Origin: Candidatus Caldarchaeum sp.
GTDB lineage: Archaea > Thermoproteota > Nitrososphaeria_A > Caldarchaeales > Caldarchaeaceae
Reading direction: 5' to 3'
Assembly (NCBI GenBank): GCA_038844785.1
Contig: JAWBRA010000012.1
Coordinates: 1-54,437 of the forward strand
Length of the DNA: 54,437 bases
Below are positions 45,586-54,437 of this stretch, in pieces; positions within the stretch are counted from its first letter, which is position 1, and the number at the start of each line of letters is the position of its first letter. Below the pieces are notes generated by a model. It was not told where the DNA came from, made no database searches, and saw only the letters and a list, made by a program, of their open reading frames with translations. Position numbers and translations under genes: made by a program.

Positions 45586-46992
45586 ATGGACGCACGTGGT
45601 CGGAGGATACTGATATTTGGCTTGCTGCTGGGCATTTTCCTAGCCGCAGTGGATTCCACCGTCGTTGCTGTAGCAATGCCGTCCATAGTGACTTCTCTGA
45701 AAGGGTTTGAAACGTACAGCTGGGCTTTCACCGCATACATCCTAACATCTACGGTCTCAGGCCCGTTATGGGGGAGGGTGAGCGATGTTTACGGCCGCCG
45801 TCTCATCTACATCATCGGGCTTGCTCTGTTCTTGGCGGGAAGTCTTCTTTGCGGTGTTGCGTCAAACATGCTGCAGCTCATAGTCTTCAGGGCTGTACAA
45901 GGCTTCGGAGGTGGGGCGTTACTAGTTCTTACCTTCACGTTAGTAGGCGAGCTCTTCAGCCTCAAAGACAGGGCGAAAGCCACAGGATACACGTCATCTG
46001 TATGGGCTTTGGCAAGCATCGTCGGCCCGCCTCTAGGAGGGTTCATAGTAGATAACGTTGGCTGGAGATGGATTTTCCTGATAAACCTTCCAGCCGGCGC
46101 GGTCTGCATGCTGATAGGCCTGAGAAGCATACGAGATATGGGTAAGAGCGGCTCCAAGGTCGACGTCACAGGCGCGGTTTTGTTCATGGTAGCAGCCACA
46201 TCTCTTCTACTTTATCTCAATGAATTTCAGACATTCAACATGTCTGCGCTTATTTTGATTTTTTCGGGAGCTGCCTTCTCCCTTTTTCTCTACAACGAGC
46301 GAAGGTCTGAATCTCCGCTGATACCGCTGCATCTTTTTAGGGATAAGGTGTTGAGAACAGGTTTTATCGGGAACTTGCTGGCTGGCTTTATCTTTTTCGG
46401 CGTAATAGCTTACGTGCCGTTGTATCTTCAGTGGGTGGCTGGGTTTTCGGCGACGACCTCCGGGACGATAATCCTACCCCTTGTCCTCGGATGGGTTGCA
46501 GCGTCCAACATAGCGGCTAGAATGGTCATCAGGTCTACGGTAAGAACCCCTGTCTACGTTAGCGGAGCAGCCCTCGTATCGGGAACGGTTTTGCTGACAA
46601 TGCTTAACTCAGGACTGCCAGCCTTGTTGGCTGGGTTGGCTTTAGTGGGTGTTGGGATGGGGTTCACCGTCTCAACCTTTCTGATTACCACGCAAACGTT
46701 GGTGGAGCGGAGTAACCTCGGCGTCGCAACATCTCTGCTCAGCTTCCTCAGGCTGATCGGCGGCGCGGTGTCTGCAGCGGTTTTGTGGATACCTATCTCG
46801 GCTGCGGTGGGAGATATAGAATCTATAACCGGGTCTTCAGTTGTTTTGTCAGCCGCTGAAAAAGCCCAGTTCAGTATGGCTTTGACACAGTCTATGACGC
46901 TAGCCGCTGCAGCGGCGGTAACAGCTTTTATACTTTATCTTTTCACGCCCAGCCTACGTCTTTCAAGCAGAACCTCGGGGAAACAGCCTTAG
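45586..46992 (+). CDS. MFS drug:H+ antiporter (DHA2, 14-TM)
   Basis: DSTVV.VAMP, GRVSDVYGRR, FRAVQGFGG, WRWIFLINLP. Confidence 0.92.
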   Translation: MDARGRRILIFGLLLGIFLAAVDSTVVAVAMPSIVTSLKGFETYSWAFTAYILTSTVSGPLWGRVSDVYGRRLIYIIGLALFLAGSLLCGVASNMLQLIVFRAVQGFGGGALLVLTFTLVGELFSLKDRAKATGYTSSVWALASIVGPPLGGFIVDNVGWRWIFLINLPAGAVCMLIGLRSIRDMGKSGSKVDVTGAVLFMVAATSLLLYLNEFQTFNMSALILIFSGAAFSLFLYNERRSESPLIPLHLFRDKVLRTGFIGNLLAGFIFFGVIAYVPLYLQWVAGFSATTSGTIILPLVLGWVAASNIAARMVIRSTVRTPVYVSGAALVSGTVLLTMLNSGLPALLAGLALVGVGMGFTVSTFLITTQTLVERSNLGVATSLLSFLRLIGGAVSAAVLWIPISAAVGDIESITGSSVVLSAAEKAQFSMALTQSMTLAAAAAVTAFILYLFTPSLRLSSRTSGKQP

Positions 46993-47035
46993 GTATTTTC
47001 GAAAGGTCTTTAAACATCTTTCAACACACAATCAT

Positions 47036-48661
47036 ATGCCCAAGTACGTCTTTGTAACAGGCGGTGTCGTCAGCAGCGTAGGCAAAGGCACTGTAGCTGC
47101 TTCGGTCGGGAAAATTCTCGACGTAAGAGGAATTAAAACCGGTTTCGTCAAGATAGACCCATACGTCAACGTTGACGCAGGGACTCTCAACCCCTTCTCG
47201 CACGGAGAAGTTTTTGTGACCGACGACGGCGGCGAGACAGATCTAGACCTTGGATGGTATGAGAGGTTCCTTGACATAAGGACTTCAAAGCTTAACAACA
47301 TAACTACAGGCCAGATTTACGCCGAGGTGATAGGGAGGGAGAGACGGGGAGACTACCTTGGACAATGTGTCCAGATAGTTCCACACGTCACTGATGAGAT
47401 TAAAGCACGCATCAGGGCTGTGGCCCGTGACGTAGATGTTTTGATCGTCGAGGTTGGAGGAACTGTGGGAGACATTGAAGGACAGCCTTTCCTTGAAGCA
47501 ATACGTCAGATGAGGCTTGAGGAAGGTGTGGAAAACACGCTCTTTATACATGTTGCCCTCGTGCTTACTCTTAAAACCACAGGAGAGTTCAAAACCAAAG
47601 CTCTCCAACACAGCGTAAACATGCTGCGGGGACTGGGTATACAGCCAGACATCATTGTAGCCCGTTCAGAGGTCCCGATAGACGCTGAGACACGTAAGAA
47701 AATAGCTTTATTCGGAACTTTGATGGAAAAAGCTGTCTTCACATCATACGACGTCAAATATGTCTACAAGGTTCCCGTGATCCTAGAGGAGCAGGGGATG
47801 GGTGATTACGTGGTTCAGCGTTTAGGGCTTAAGGCTCGTGAACCCGATTGGAGTGAATGGCTAAAAGTTGTTGATATGTATGAAAACCCGCGTCATGTTG
47901 TTAAGATTGCGGTTTGCGGAAAATATACGAAGCTCGCGGATTCCTATGTCAGCGTTAAGGAAGCCCTGCAGCATGCTGGTGTAAACATCGGCGCACGCGT
48001 GGAAATAGACTGGGTTAACACGGAGGAGTTTGAATACGGTGCGAGAAAGGTTGACTCGCTGTCCAGCTACGACGGTGTGCTTGTTCCCGGTGGTTTCGGC
48101 AGACGTGGCACCGAGGGCATGATACAATGTATAAAATACTGTAGGGAGAACGACATTCCCTTCCTAGGAATATGCTTCGGGCTCCAGCTGTCTGTTGTGG
48201 AGTTCGCCCGACACGTATGTGGGTTAAAGGACGCCAACTCCACCGAGCTGAATCCTTCAACACAACACCCTGTTATAGACCTTATGCCTGAGCAGAAATC
48301 TGTCAAAGAGCTTGGCGGAACCATGAGGTTGGGAGCATTGCCGGTCAAAATAGTGGAAGGAACCCTTGCATACAGCCTGTATAGAACCAGTGAGGTTATG
48401 CAACGGCATCGCCACCGTTACGAAGTCTCAAGAGAGTACTGGCCTATCCTTCAAGGTTATGGGCTTGTGTTTTCAGGTTTTTCACCCGACGGAACGAGAG
48501 TCGAGATTATCGAGTATCCAAGCAACAGGTTTTTCCTCGCAACCCAATTCCATCCCGAATATCTGTCCAGACCCAACAAGCCGGAGCCTGCCTACCTTGG
48601 TTTCGTAAAAGCAGCCCTTGAAAGAAGGAAGACAGCGAAGACAGCTGAAGCTATTGCTTAA
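47036..48661 (+). CDS. pyrG: CTP synthase
   Basis: KYVFVTGGVVSSVGKG, KIDPYVNVDAGT, GICFGLQ, RHRHRYE, TQFHPE. Confidence 0.97.
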   Translation: MPKYVFVTGGVVSSVGKGTVAASVGKILDVRGIKTGFVKIDPYVNVDAGTLNPFSHGEVFVTDDGGETDLDLGWYERFLDIRTSKLNNITTGQIYAEVIGRERRGDYLGQCVQIVPHVTDEIKARIRAVARDVDVLIVEVGGTVGDIEGQPFLEAIRQMRLEEGVENTLFIHVALVLTLKTTGEFKTKALQHSVNMLRGLGIQPDIIVARSEVPIDAETRKKIALFGTLMEKAVFTSYDVKYVYKVPVILEEQGMGDYVVQRLGLKAREPDWSEWLKVVDMYENPRHVVKIAVCGKYTKLADSYVSVKEALQHAGVNIGARVEIDWVNTEEFEYGARKVDSLSSYDGVLVPGGFGRRGTEGMIQCIKYCRENDIPFLGICFGLQLSVVEFARHVCGLKDANSTELNPSTQHPVIDLMPEQKSVKELGGTMRLGALPVKIVEGTLAYSLYRTSEVMQRHRHRYEVSREYWPILQGYGLVFSGFSPDGTRVEIIEYPSNRFFLATQFHPEYLSRPNKPEPAYLGFVKAALERRKTAKTAEAIA

Positions 48662-48667
48662 ATTTCA

Positions 48668-49933
48668 TCAACCCCTTCTCCGTCTAAGGGTTACACGCAT
48701 GGTGAGAAGACGTTCACCCTTAAAAAACCAGCTGGCTACGCCTAGGATAACCATCATGAAAGCTGTCATGACAACAAGATGTAATGCTGACATTAGGTAA
48801 GCCTCTTCATAAATGCTCTTTATCGCTAGAAACATGTGGGTGAAGGGGATTAACATGAGCGCTGCGGACAATGTTGGCGGTAGGCCGTTTACGTCGGCAA
48901 ACTGCAGGACTAAGAAGGGGAGTAAGAGAAGTGGCATTTGCAGCAGCCCAGCCAGCTGTTGAGCGCCTCGCACATCACCCGCTAAAACCCCAGCAAGTAT
49001 TCCGATGCATAAGGTCATAACCAATGCGACAAACATCACCAATCCCAGCAGCACCAACGTAAAACCTGATAGAGGCATTGTTAACTCGGTTGACGTAAGT
49101 TCAACCATTGGAAGATTAGTCAGATATATGACAAACCCGACTACCATTGAAGCTGTTCCCATTAACGCAACGGCCATGGATGCTAAGAGCTTCGCGGAGA
49201 GTATGCTCGTCCGGCTTATGGGAAGTGTGAGAAGCATCTCCAAAGTCTTTGCTTCTTTTTCCAAACCTATGCTTGTGGCAGCAACTGTTCCAGATGTAGC
49301 CACCATGACCACCAAAACCAACGGAACGAACACCATCGTAGCCATGTACAGCTGGAAAACCGTTCCAGCCTCCTCTAATGAGACCTGTCTACCTTTGTAC
49401 AGCAAACCGTTTTTTAGCTCCACAGGCTGTTTATAGAAAGAGAAATGGATGCCCGTTTCGGCTGCCAGTCTTTCACCCAGCATCTCCATAGCCAAATAAA
49501 TACGCGATCGGATTGACGAAATTTTCTGCAGCTCTGCAATGGAAATTGAAGAGACTGTCGTAAACATCTTGACTGAGGCCCTTTTTCCATCGGTCAGGTT
49601 TTGGGAAAAACCTTTTTCCACGTAAACAGTGGCGGCGACGCGGTAGCTTTCCATTAATGAAGCAACGCTTTCGGATGTGTTTGTGACCGTGATGGGTGAG
49701 AAACCCGCGGCACGAAATGCCTCGCTTAAGACTTTGGAATATTTTCCGCCTTCGTTGTCAACCAAAAGGATAGGTATGTCAGCGGTCGAAGTGGTTGCCG
49801 ACCTGCTTGCCATTGCTATCGTGCCGCCGATTAGTGGCAGGATGACCAGAGGCATCAGAACAACCCCTATGATGATTGTTTTCTCCATAAGAAGCTCGCG
49901 GAGCTCTTTCCTGACTAGTGTAGCTATGCTCAT
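48668..49933 (-). CDS. ABC-2 exporter permease (NatB-like)
   Basis: RKELRELL, EKEAKTLEMLLTLPISR, IPFTH. Confidence 0.9.
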   Translation of the reverse strand: MSIATLVRKELRELLMEKTIIIGVVLMPLVILPLIGGTIAMASRSATTSTADIPILLVDNEGGKYSKVLSEAFRAAGFSPITVTNTSESVASLMESYRVAATVYVEKGFSQNLTDGKRASVKMFTTVSSISIAELQKISSIRSRIYLAMEMLGERLAAETGIHFSFYKQPVELKNGLLYKGRQVSLEEAGTVFQLYMATMVFVPLVLVVMVATSGTVAATSIGLEKEAKTLEMLLTLPISRTSILSAKLLASMAVALMGTASMVVGFVIYLTNLPMVELTSTELTMPLSGFTLVLLGLVMFVALVMTLCIGILAGVLAGDVRGAQQLAGLLQMPLLLLPFLVLQFADVNGLPPTLSAALMLIPFTHMFLAIKSIYEEAYLMSALHLVVMTAFMMVILGVASWFFKGERLLTMRVTLRRRRG

Positions 49934-50640
49934 CGTCCAGCACCCATTTTTTTGACAAAAAGTTCCTCAAGATTTTCAACTCCTTGACTAGCAGTCAACT
50001 GGGAGGGTTTGCCCTCCAACAATATCTTACCATTATGTATCAGTGCTACTGTGTCGCATAGGTAGCTGACTTCCAGCATGTTGTGGCTTGAGACTAGGAA
50101 TGTAACCCCCTCAGCCGCGTACTGTTTTATTATCTTTCTGACGTATACTGCGTGCTCGACGTCAAGGCCTGCGGTGGGTTCGTCGAGGATTGCCAGCCTT
50201 GGTTTGACCATCAGACAGCTGGCTAGCAGTATTCTTCTCCGCATCCCCCTGCTGTAACCACCCATTCTCTCCCTCAGCGCTTCACCCAACCCAGCCACCT
50301 CTACCCCCTTCTCCACCGAGCCGACAGAATAGAGGCGTGCCATCATCTTCAGAAAAGCCAAGCCTGTCAGATGCCTGTAAACACCGGCGTCTTCCGGAAG
50401 ATATGAGATCATCCGCCTGATTTCTGCCGATTGTTTGACAACGTCCTTTCCGAATATTCTAATCTCACCAGTGCTGGGTTTAAGTATTGTAGCCAGTATT
50501 CTGAACAGTGTTGTCTTTCCAGCGCCGTTTGGGCCTATTAACCCGAAAACCAACCCCTCTTCCACGTTGAGATCTACTCCCTGTAGTGCCGGTTTTTCCC
50601 CGAAGAAACGCCACAGGTTTTTCGCTTCAGCGGCATACAT
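49930..50640 (-). CDS. ABC transporter ATP-binding protein
   Basis: GPNGAGKTT, YSRGM, ILDEPT, SSH. Confidence 0.95.
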   Translation of the reverse strand: MYAAEAKNLWRFFGEKPALQGVDLNVEEGLVFGLIGPNGAGKTTLFRILATILKPSTGEIRIFGKDVVKQSAEIRRMISYLPEDAGVYRHLTGLAFLKMMARLYSVGSVEKGVEVAGLGEALRERMGGYSRGMRRRILLASCLMVKPRLAILDEPTAGLDVEHAVYVRKIIKQYAAEGVTFLVSSHNMLEVSYLCDTVALIHNGKILLEGKPSQLTASQGVENLEELFVKKMGAGR

Positions 50641-50806
50641 TTTTGTCTCCCGTAGAGGTCATTAGTCTGAAATGTAAGTGTTTGCCAGCATGTTCGATAC
50701 GCAACCGCTTTGGAGTAGAGATATCACCTAGTTAACTGAGACTTTGAACAAGGTGGGGTTGTGGCTGGCAGCTGCGGCGACGGCGTTAATAAAAACGCGT
50801 TAAAAA

Positions 50807-50903
50807 CTTGAAAGAACTAAGACAGCGAAGACGGCTTAGGCGGTTGCTTATATTTCATCAGCTTTTCTTCCGTTTAGGGTTACACGCGTTGTGAGAAAAC
50901 GTT
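50807..50903 (+). repeat. Degenerate direct repeat of 48617-48714 (pyrG end / permease end junction)
   Basis: CTTGAAAGAA..AAGACAGCGAAGAC...TTGCTTA.ATTTCATCA...GGGTTACACGC...GTGAGAA.ACGTT; about 80% identical by manual alignment. Confidence 0.85.
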
Positions 50904-51109
50904 TCCACTTGGCTGCTAGCGTTAATTAGCATGCGTTAGATGCTTGTCGCCCATTGTAGCGGAGTCTGTGTAACGACATTGAGGTCGCTATCGAGCTTTT
51001 TGCCATTAACGAGCAGGACTGTAACACGGTTTCGCGTTGGCTTGTTGCTATCAGGTGTGCTGATGCAAACGTGTAGCGATGGGTTTGCCGCTGAGCTTGC
51101 GTAGTGGAT

Positions 51110-51949
51110 TTACCTCAGCTTTTTAACAACAGCCATGAGGCTCTTAACCCTTTCAAGCTCAACCGGGTTCCAGAATTTTCCATCCTTACGCATGTATGAG
51201 CCGACGATAGCGCCGTCAGCGACACTCAGAAGTTTCTCCGCGTTCGACGGGTTTAGCCCGCTTCCTATGAGGACCGGCAAGTACGTGGACTGCTTGGCCT
51301 TGACAACGCGTTCCAAAGGTGTTTCAGCCCCGGTTCTTGTGCCGGACACTATTACGGCGTCGGCGTCGAAAAACTCTACGTCAGCGACCTGCTCCTCGAA
51401 AGGTCTGTCGCTAATTATGAAGTGGCTTCCATGCTTGACTTGAACGTCGGCGAAAACCTTCACGTCATAGGCTCTGAGGCCCGCCCTGTAACGTAGCGCT
51501 CTATGAGCTATGGCCTCGACAAACCCCTCGTCAGCGATGTAGGCGTTGGCCCACTCGGCTGCCCTCACCCACTTGCCTCCTGAGGCCACGCATGCGGCGA
51601 TGGCGGGTATCACACCGTTCGCCAGACAGCATACTCCGACAGGCAGGCCTGTGGATTTCCTAACCTCTCGGGAGACAACAGCTAGGATAGAAGCGGTCTC
51701 GTGCCCTATCTCCTCCGGCTTCAGGTATGGATAGTCGCCTATGTTCTCCACCTGCAACCCGTCCACTTCACCGCTTTTGAGGACCTCAGCGTCACGAAGC
51801 GCGTATTGAATTATGTCCTCGACAGCCATGCCGGAATATCGGGGAGCGCCCGGTAGCGGCGGTAAATGTATCATGGCTATGATTGGTTTGGGATTTTTGA
51901 ACAACTCTGTCAATGCATTAGGCTTCATGGGCAAAAGAGGCTGGGGCAT
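51110..51949 (-). CDS. BtpA/SgcQ family protein
   Basis: MIHLPPLPGAP, VENIGDYP, ADVQVKH, IVSGTRTG, ADGAIVGS. Confidence 0.92.
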   Translation of the reverse strand: MPQPLLPMKPNALTELFKNPKPIIAMIHLPPLPGAPRYSGMAVEDIIQYALRDAEVLKSGEVDGLQVENIGDYPYLKPEEIGHETASILAVVSREVRKSTGLPVGVCCLANGVIPAIAACVASGGKWVRAAEWANAYIADEGFVEAIAHRALRYRAGLRAYDVKVFADVQVKHGSHFIISDRPFEEQVADVEFFDADAVIVSGTRTGAETPLERVVKAKQSTYLPVLIGSGLNPSNAEKLLSVADGAIVGSYMRKDGKFWNPVELERVKSLMAVVKKLR

Positions 51950-51980
51950 GCTAAACCACTCCCCAGCCGGTAGAAATACT

Positions 51981-52868
51981 TTATACTCTTGGCAGCCTGC
52001 CGCCTATCGTTCTAGCCGCCTGGGCCCCCAGTCTGACAGCCGTCAGGCCACACTGTCGTAGCGACGACCCTCGCAATAATTCGTATATGAAGCCTGCTGC
52101 GAACGCGTCGCCGGCCCCAGTCGTATCCACCGGTTCGACTGGTTCCGCAGCTAAAGCGATTATCTCTCCATCCTTGGTGCAAATCTCGCATCCACGACTG
52201 CCTTTTTTCAAAACCACCGTGCAACCCCAGCGTGATGCGAGAGCGGAAACTGATTCGACGCCACTGTTTCTTGAGAGGTTCTTGAATTCTTCCGCGTTGA
52301 TGAAGACGTAGTCCATCTGCTTAGCTATGTGGTTCAACAGTGTTGTTTGGCGGGCGAGGGGCATGCAGACGTCCATCGTGCGAAGCCGGCTTCCGCTGTG
52401 CTCGAGAATATAAAACGCAGTCTGCCTCTGCGCCCCTTCAAGAAAGCTGTAGCCGGAAATGTGTATGGCCGCCACGTCATCTAGGGCATCCTCTCTGAGG
52501 ATATCTTTCCTGAGATGTCTGTTGGCTCCCCTGTACGCGAGCATCGTCCTTTCGCCGTTTCCCGTCACAACCACATAGACCACGCCCGTCGTGTCTTCGC
52601 GTGTTGTCTGTATGTTGGATGTGTCCGCGCCCGCTTCCGCCAGCCCGGCCACCAGCATTCTTCCAATTTGGTCTTCGCCCACACAGCCTACCATGACGGC
52701 ATCAGCGCCTAACAGGCTCAACGCATGCGCTATGTTTGCCCCCGACCCACCATGCCTAACATAAGCCCTATCTGCCAGCTCCTCCCCACCTTCACGCGGA
52801 AAAGTCGAATGGAACGCGATGATGTCTAGGTTGATGTCCCCCACCACAGCAACCCTTCTCCCGTTCAA
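51981..52868 (-). CDS. PfkB/ribokinase-family carbohydrate kinase
   Basis: GGSGANIA, G.VGED..G, DTTGAGDAFAAG. Confidence 0.92.
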   Translation of the reverse strand: MNGRRVAVVGDINLDIIAFHSTFPREGGEELADRAYVRHGGSGANIAHALSLLGADAVMVGCVGEDQIGRMLVAGLAEAGADTSNIQTTREDTTGVVYVVVTGNGERTMLAYRGANRHLRKDILREDALDDVAAIHISGYSFLEGAQRQTAFYILEHSGSRLRTMDVCMPLARQTTLLNHIAKQMDYVFINAEEFKNLSRNSGVESVSALASRWGCTVVLKKGSRGCEICTKDGEIIALAAEPVEPVDTTGAGDAFAAGFIYELLRGSSLRQCGLTAVRLGAQAARTIGGRLPRV

Positions 52869-52946
52869 TCCCGCCCACCAACTGCGGAAGATTTTTTATG
52901 CATTAACTTCATCCACAGCCACATCGATTCTGTGCGGGGTAAAACG

Positions 52947-53783
52947 TCATAAGCCCCTACCTTGTGTTATCTGTCTCAGTCTTTTGACCAAAGTCATGAG
53001 CTTCTTAACCCTGTCGATGTCCACCGGGTTCGACAGTTTTCCGCCAGCTTTAAAGTAGGTGCCCACTATCGCCCCGTCTGCCAGACTCAGCAGCTTCTCA
53101 GCATTCCATGGGTTCAAGCCGCTGCCCACTATGACCGGCTTCGAAGCCCACCGCTTCACTTCGTAAACTCTTTCCACAGGCGTCTCCGCCCCTGTCCTAG
53201 AGCCGGAGACTACTATAGCATCGGCTCCGAGCTCCTGTGCCCTCGCAACATGGTAGGAGAGGGGAAGGTCCGAAACTATGAAATGGCTTCCGTGCTTGAC
53301 CATCACGTCGGCTAATATGCGTATCGAGGGGTTTAACAACGCTCTATGTCTTTCAGCATGTGGAGCGGCGGCTTCAACAAAACCTTCGTCGGCGATGTAA
53401 GCAAGGTTGTAGAGGTTGGCCCTCACCCAGCTGGCTCCGCATGCGAGTGCCGTTGAGATGGATTCGTAGACGCCGTTGGCCAAAACGAAAACCCCCACAG
53501 GCAAGCCCAGAGAGCTGCGCACCTCCCGGGCCACGGCCGATACTATTGACGTAACCTCAAAACCCAAGTCCCGCGACTTCATGAACGGCTTGTCGCCGAT
53601 ATTCTCGACCTGCACACCATCTACACCGCCTTCCGCCAAAGCTCTAGCATCCCTCAGAGCGTAATCAATCAACTCCTCAACAGCCATACGAGCACTGCTC
53701 GGTGAGCCGGGCAAGGGCGGAAGATGGACCATCCCTATCACGGGCTTAACGCATCCGAAAACATCGGATAGAACGTCGCCCAT
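52947..53783 (-). CDS. BtpA/SgcQ family protein (paralogue)
   Basis: MVHLPPLPGSP, VENIGDKP, ADVMVKH, ADGAIVGT. Confidence 0.92.
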   Translation of the reverse strand: MGDVLSDVFGCVKPVIGMVHLPPLPGSPSSARMAVEELIDYALRDARALAEGGVDGVQVENIGDKPFMKSRDLGFEVTSIVSAVAREVRSSLGLPVGVFVLANGVYESISTALACGASWVRANLYNLAYIADEGFVEAAAPHAERHRALLNPSIRILADVMVKHGSHFIVSDLPLSYHVARAQELGADAIVVSGSRTGAETPVERVYEVKRWASKPVIVGSGLNPWNAEKLLSLADGAIVGTYFKAGGKLSNPVDIDRVKKLMTLVKRLRQITQGRGL

Positions 53784-54018
53784 TCTACGCCGGCCAGCGT
53801 CATCGATGCTTATAAGCGATCGCAGAAATCAACCGCAGCTAAATCATCTAAACAAACGCCGACAAACGAACGAAGCGGTTAAGCTTCCAAGAAGCCGTGA
53901 ACAAGAAGTCTCTTCCAGAAGCAAACGTCTTCAAACACTACAATGAATCCAACGCAACACAGCCGATAACATCCACGCTCACAACAACCTAATAAAAAAG
54001 GAAAAACATCAAAATACA

Positions 54019-54092
54019 GCCGGGGTAGCTCAGCCTGGTAGAGCGGCGGGCTGTTAACCCGTCGGTCGCCCGTTCAAATCGGGCCCCCGGCG
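54019..54092 (+). tRNA. tRNA-Asn(GTT)
   Basis: Acceptor GCCGGGG/CCCCGGC, D arm TAGCTCAGCCTGGTAGAGC, anticodon loop CTGTTAA (GTT at 54053-54055), T arm GTTCAAATC; no encoded CCA and no intron. Confidence 0.96.
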
Positions 54093-54228
54093 GTCGACAA
54101 GCCTATAATGATTTCAGTCCTCGACGACCCGATGCTGGTGTGCGTGTACGCGCCTACTGTGTTGGAGTGTCTAAGCCTGTTGACTTTCCGCTCATGTCGA
54201 AGTGTGTTAAAAATCGGTTGCGGAGTTG

Positions 54229-54437
54229 TTAGGTGTGCAGGAATACGTTGACAGCATCCACTCCGTGTTGTTGGAGCAGGTATATGGTGTGTTTCACGAC
54301 ATCCTTGTTGCTGAAATTTGTTTCGACAAACAGGTCTCCAACCTTTCTAATGCTTCTGAATCTTCGGCCGTTGGCGTGTTTTGGCTCGGTGTTCACTATA
54401 TAGGTGGAACCATAAGGTAGTTTGACTGGTGGTTTGA
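54229..54437 (-). pseudogene. Frameshifted C-terminal fragment of a possible restriction-associated protein (runs off window)
   Basis: KPPVKLPYGSTYIVNTEPKHANGRRFRSIRKVGDLFVETNFSNKDVVKH / IYLLQQHGVD...*. This resembles the C-terminal domain I recall from HsdR_N-type nuclease proteins. Confidence 0.35.

Noticed and set aside
1-54437. CRISPR array or rRNA genes
   Set aside because: No regularly spaced direct repeats or rRNA signature sequences were seen by eye.

Overview
Archaeal chromosomal window. The gene content (Alba, aIF-1A, archaeal YchF, PINA, TackOD1-like proteins, leaderless TATA promoters) points to a TACK archaeon, most plausibly Aigarchaeota/Caldarchaeales; this assignment is inference. 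Most of the window is housekeeping: MtaB-type methylthiotransferase, NpdG, PMM/PGM, thiolase-DUF35, YchF, NnrD, GTPBP, glnA, pyrG, an ABC exporter, BtpA-PfkB-BtpA and tRNA-Asn. A ~15 kb type IV pilus and surface-glycosylation locus spans 6337-21731. The most interesting non-annotated signal is a compact IS110/Nop-like RuvC gene (39778-40628, one frameshift, no recognisable catalytic-Ser loop). Its last codons overlap a ~155-nt structured element of stem/internal-loop/hairpin units inside a GGCTGGAGGC...GCCTCCAGCC clamp. A diverged second copy of that element, with the same architecture, sits at 40-206. A ~650-nt hairpin-dense, GC-rich non-coding region lies on the other side of the gene. Together these suggest a candidate RNA-guided system of bridge-RNA or TIGR-Tas type. 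Also notable are a zinc-ribbon Rab-like GTPase coupled to a TackOD1-like protein, a membrane TackOD1-like paralogue next to the pilus ATPase, a HAD-PINA fusion and several deletion/duplication scars. All family calls come from motif recognition by eye; no database searches were run.
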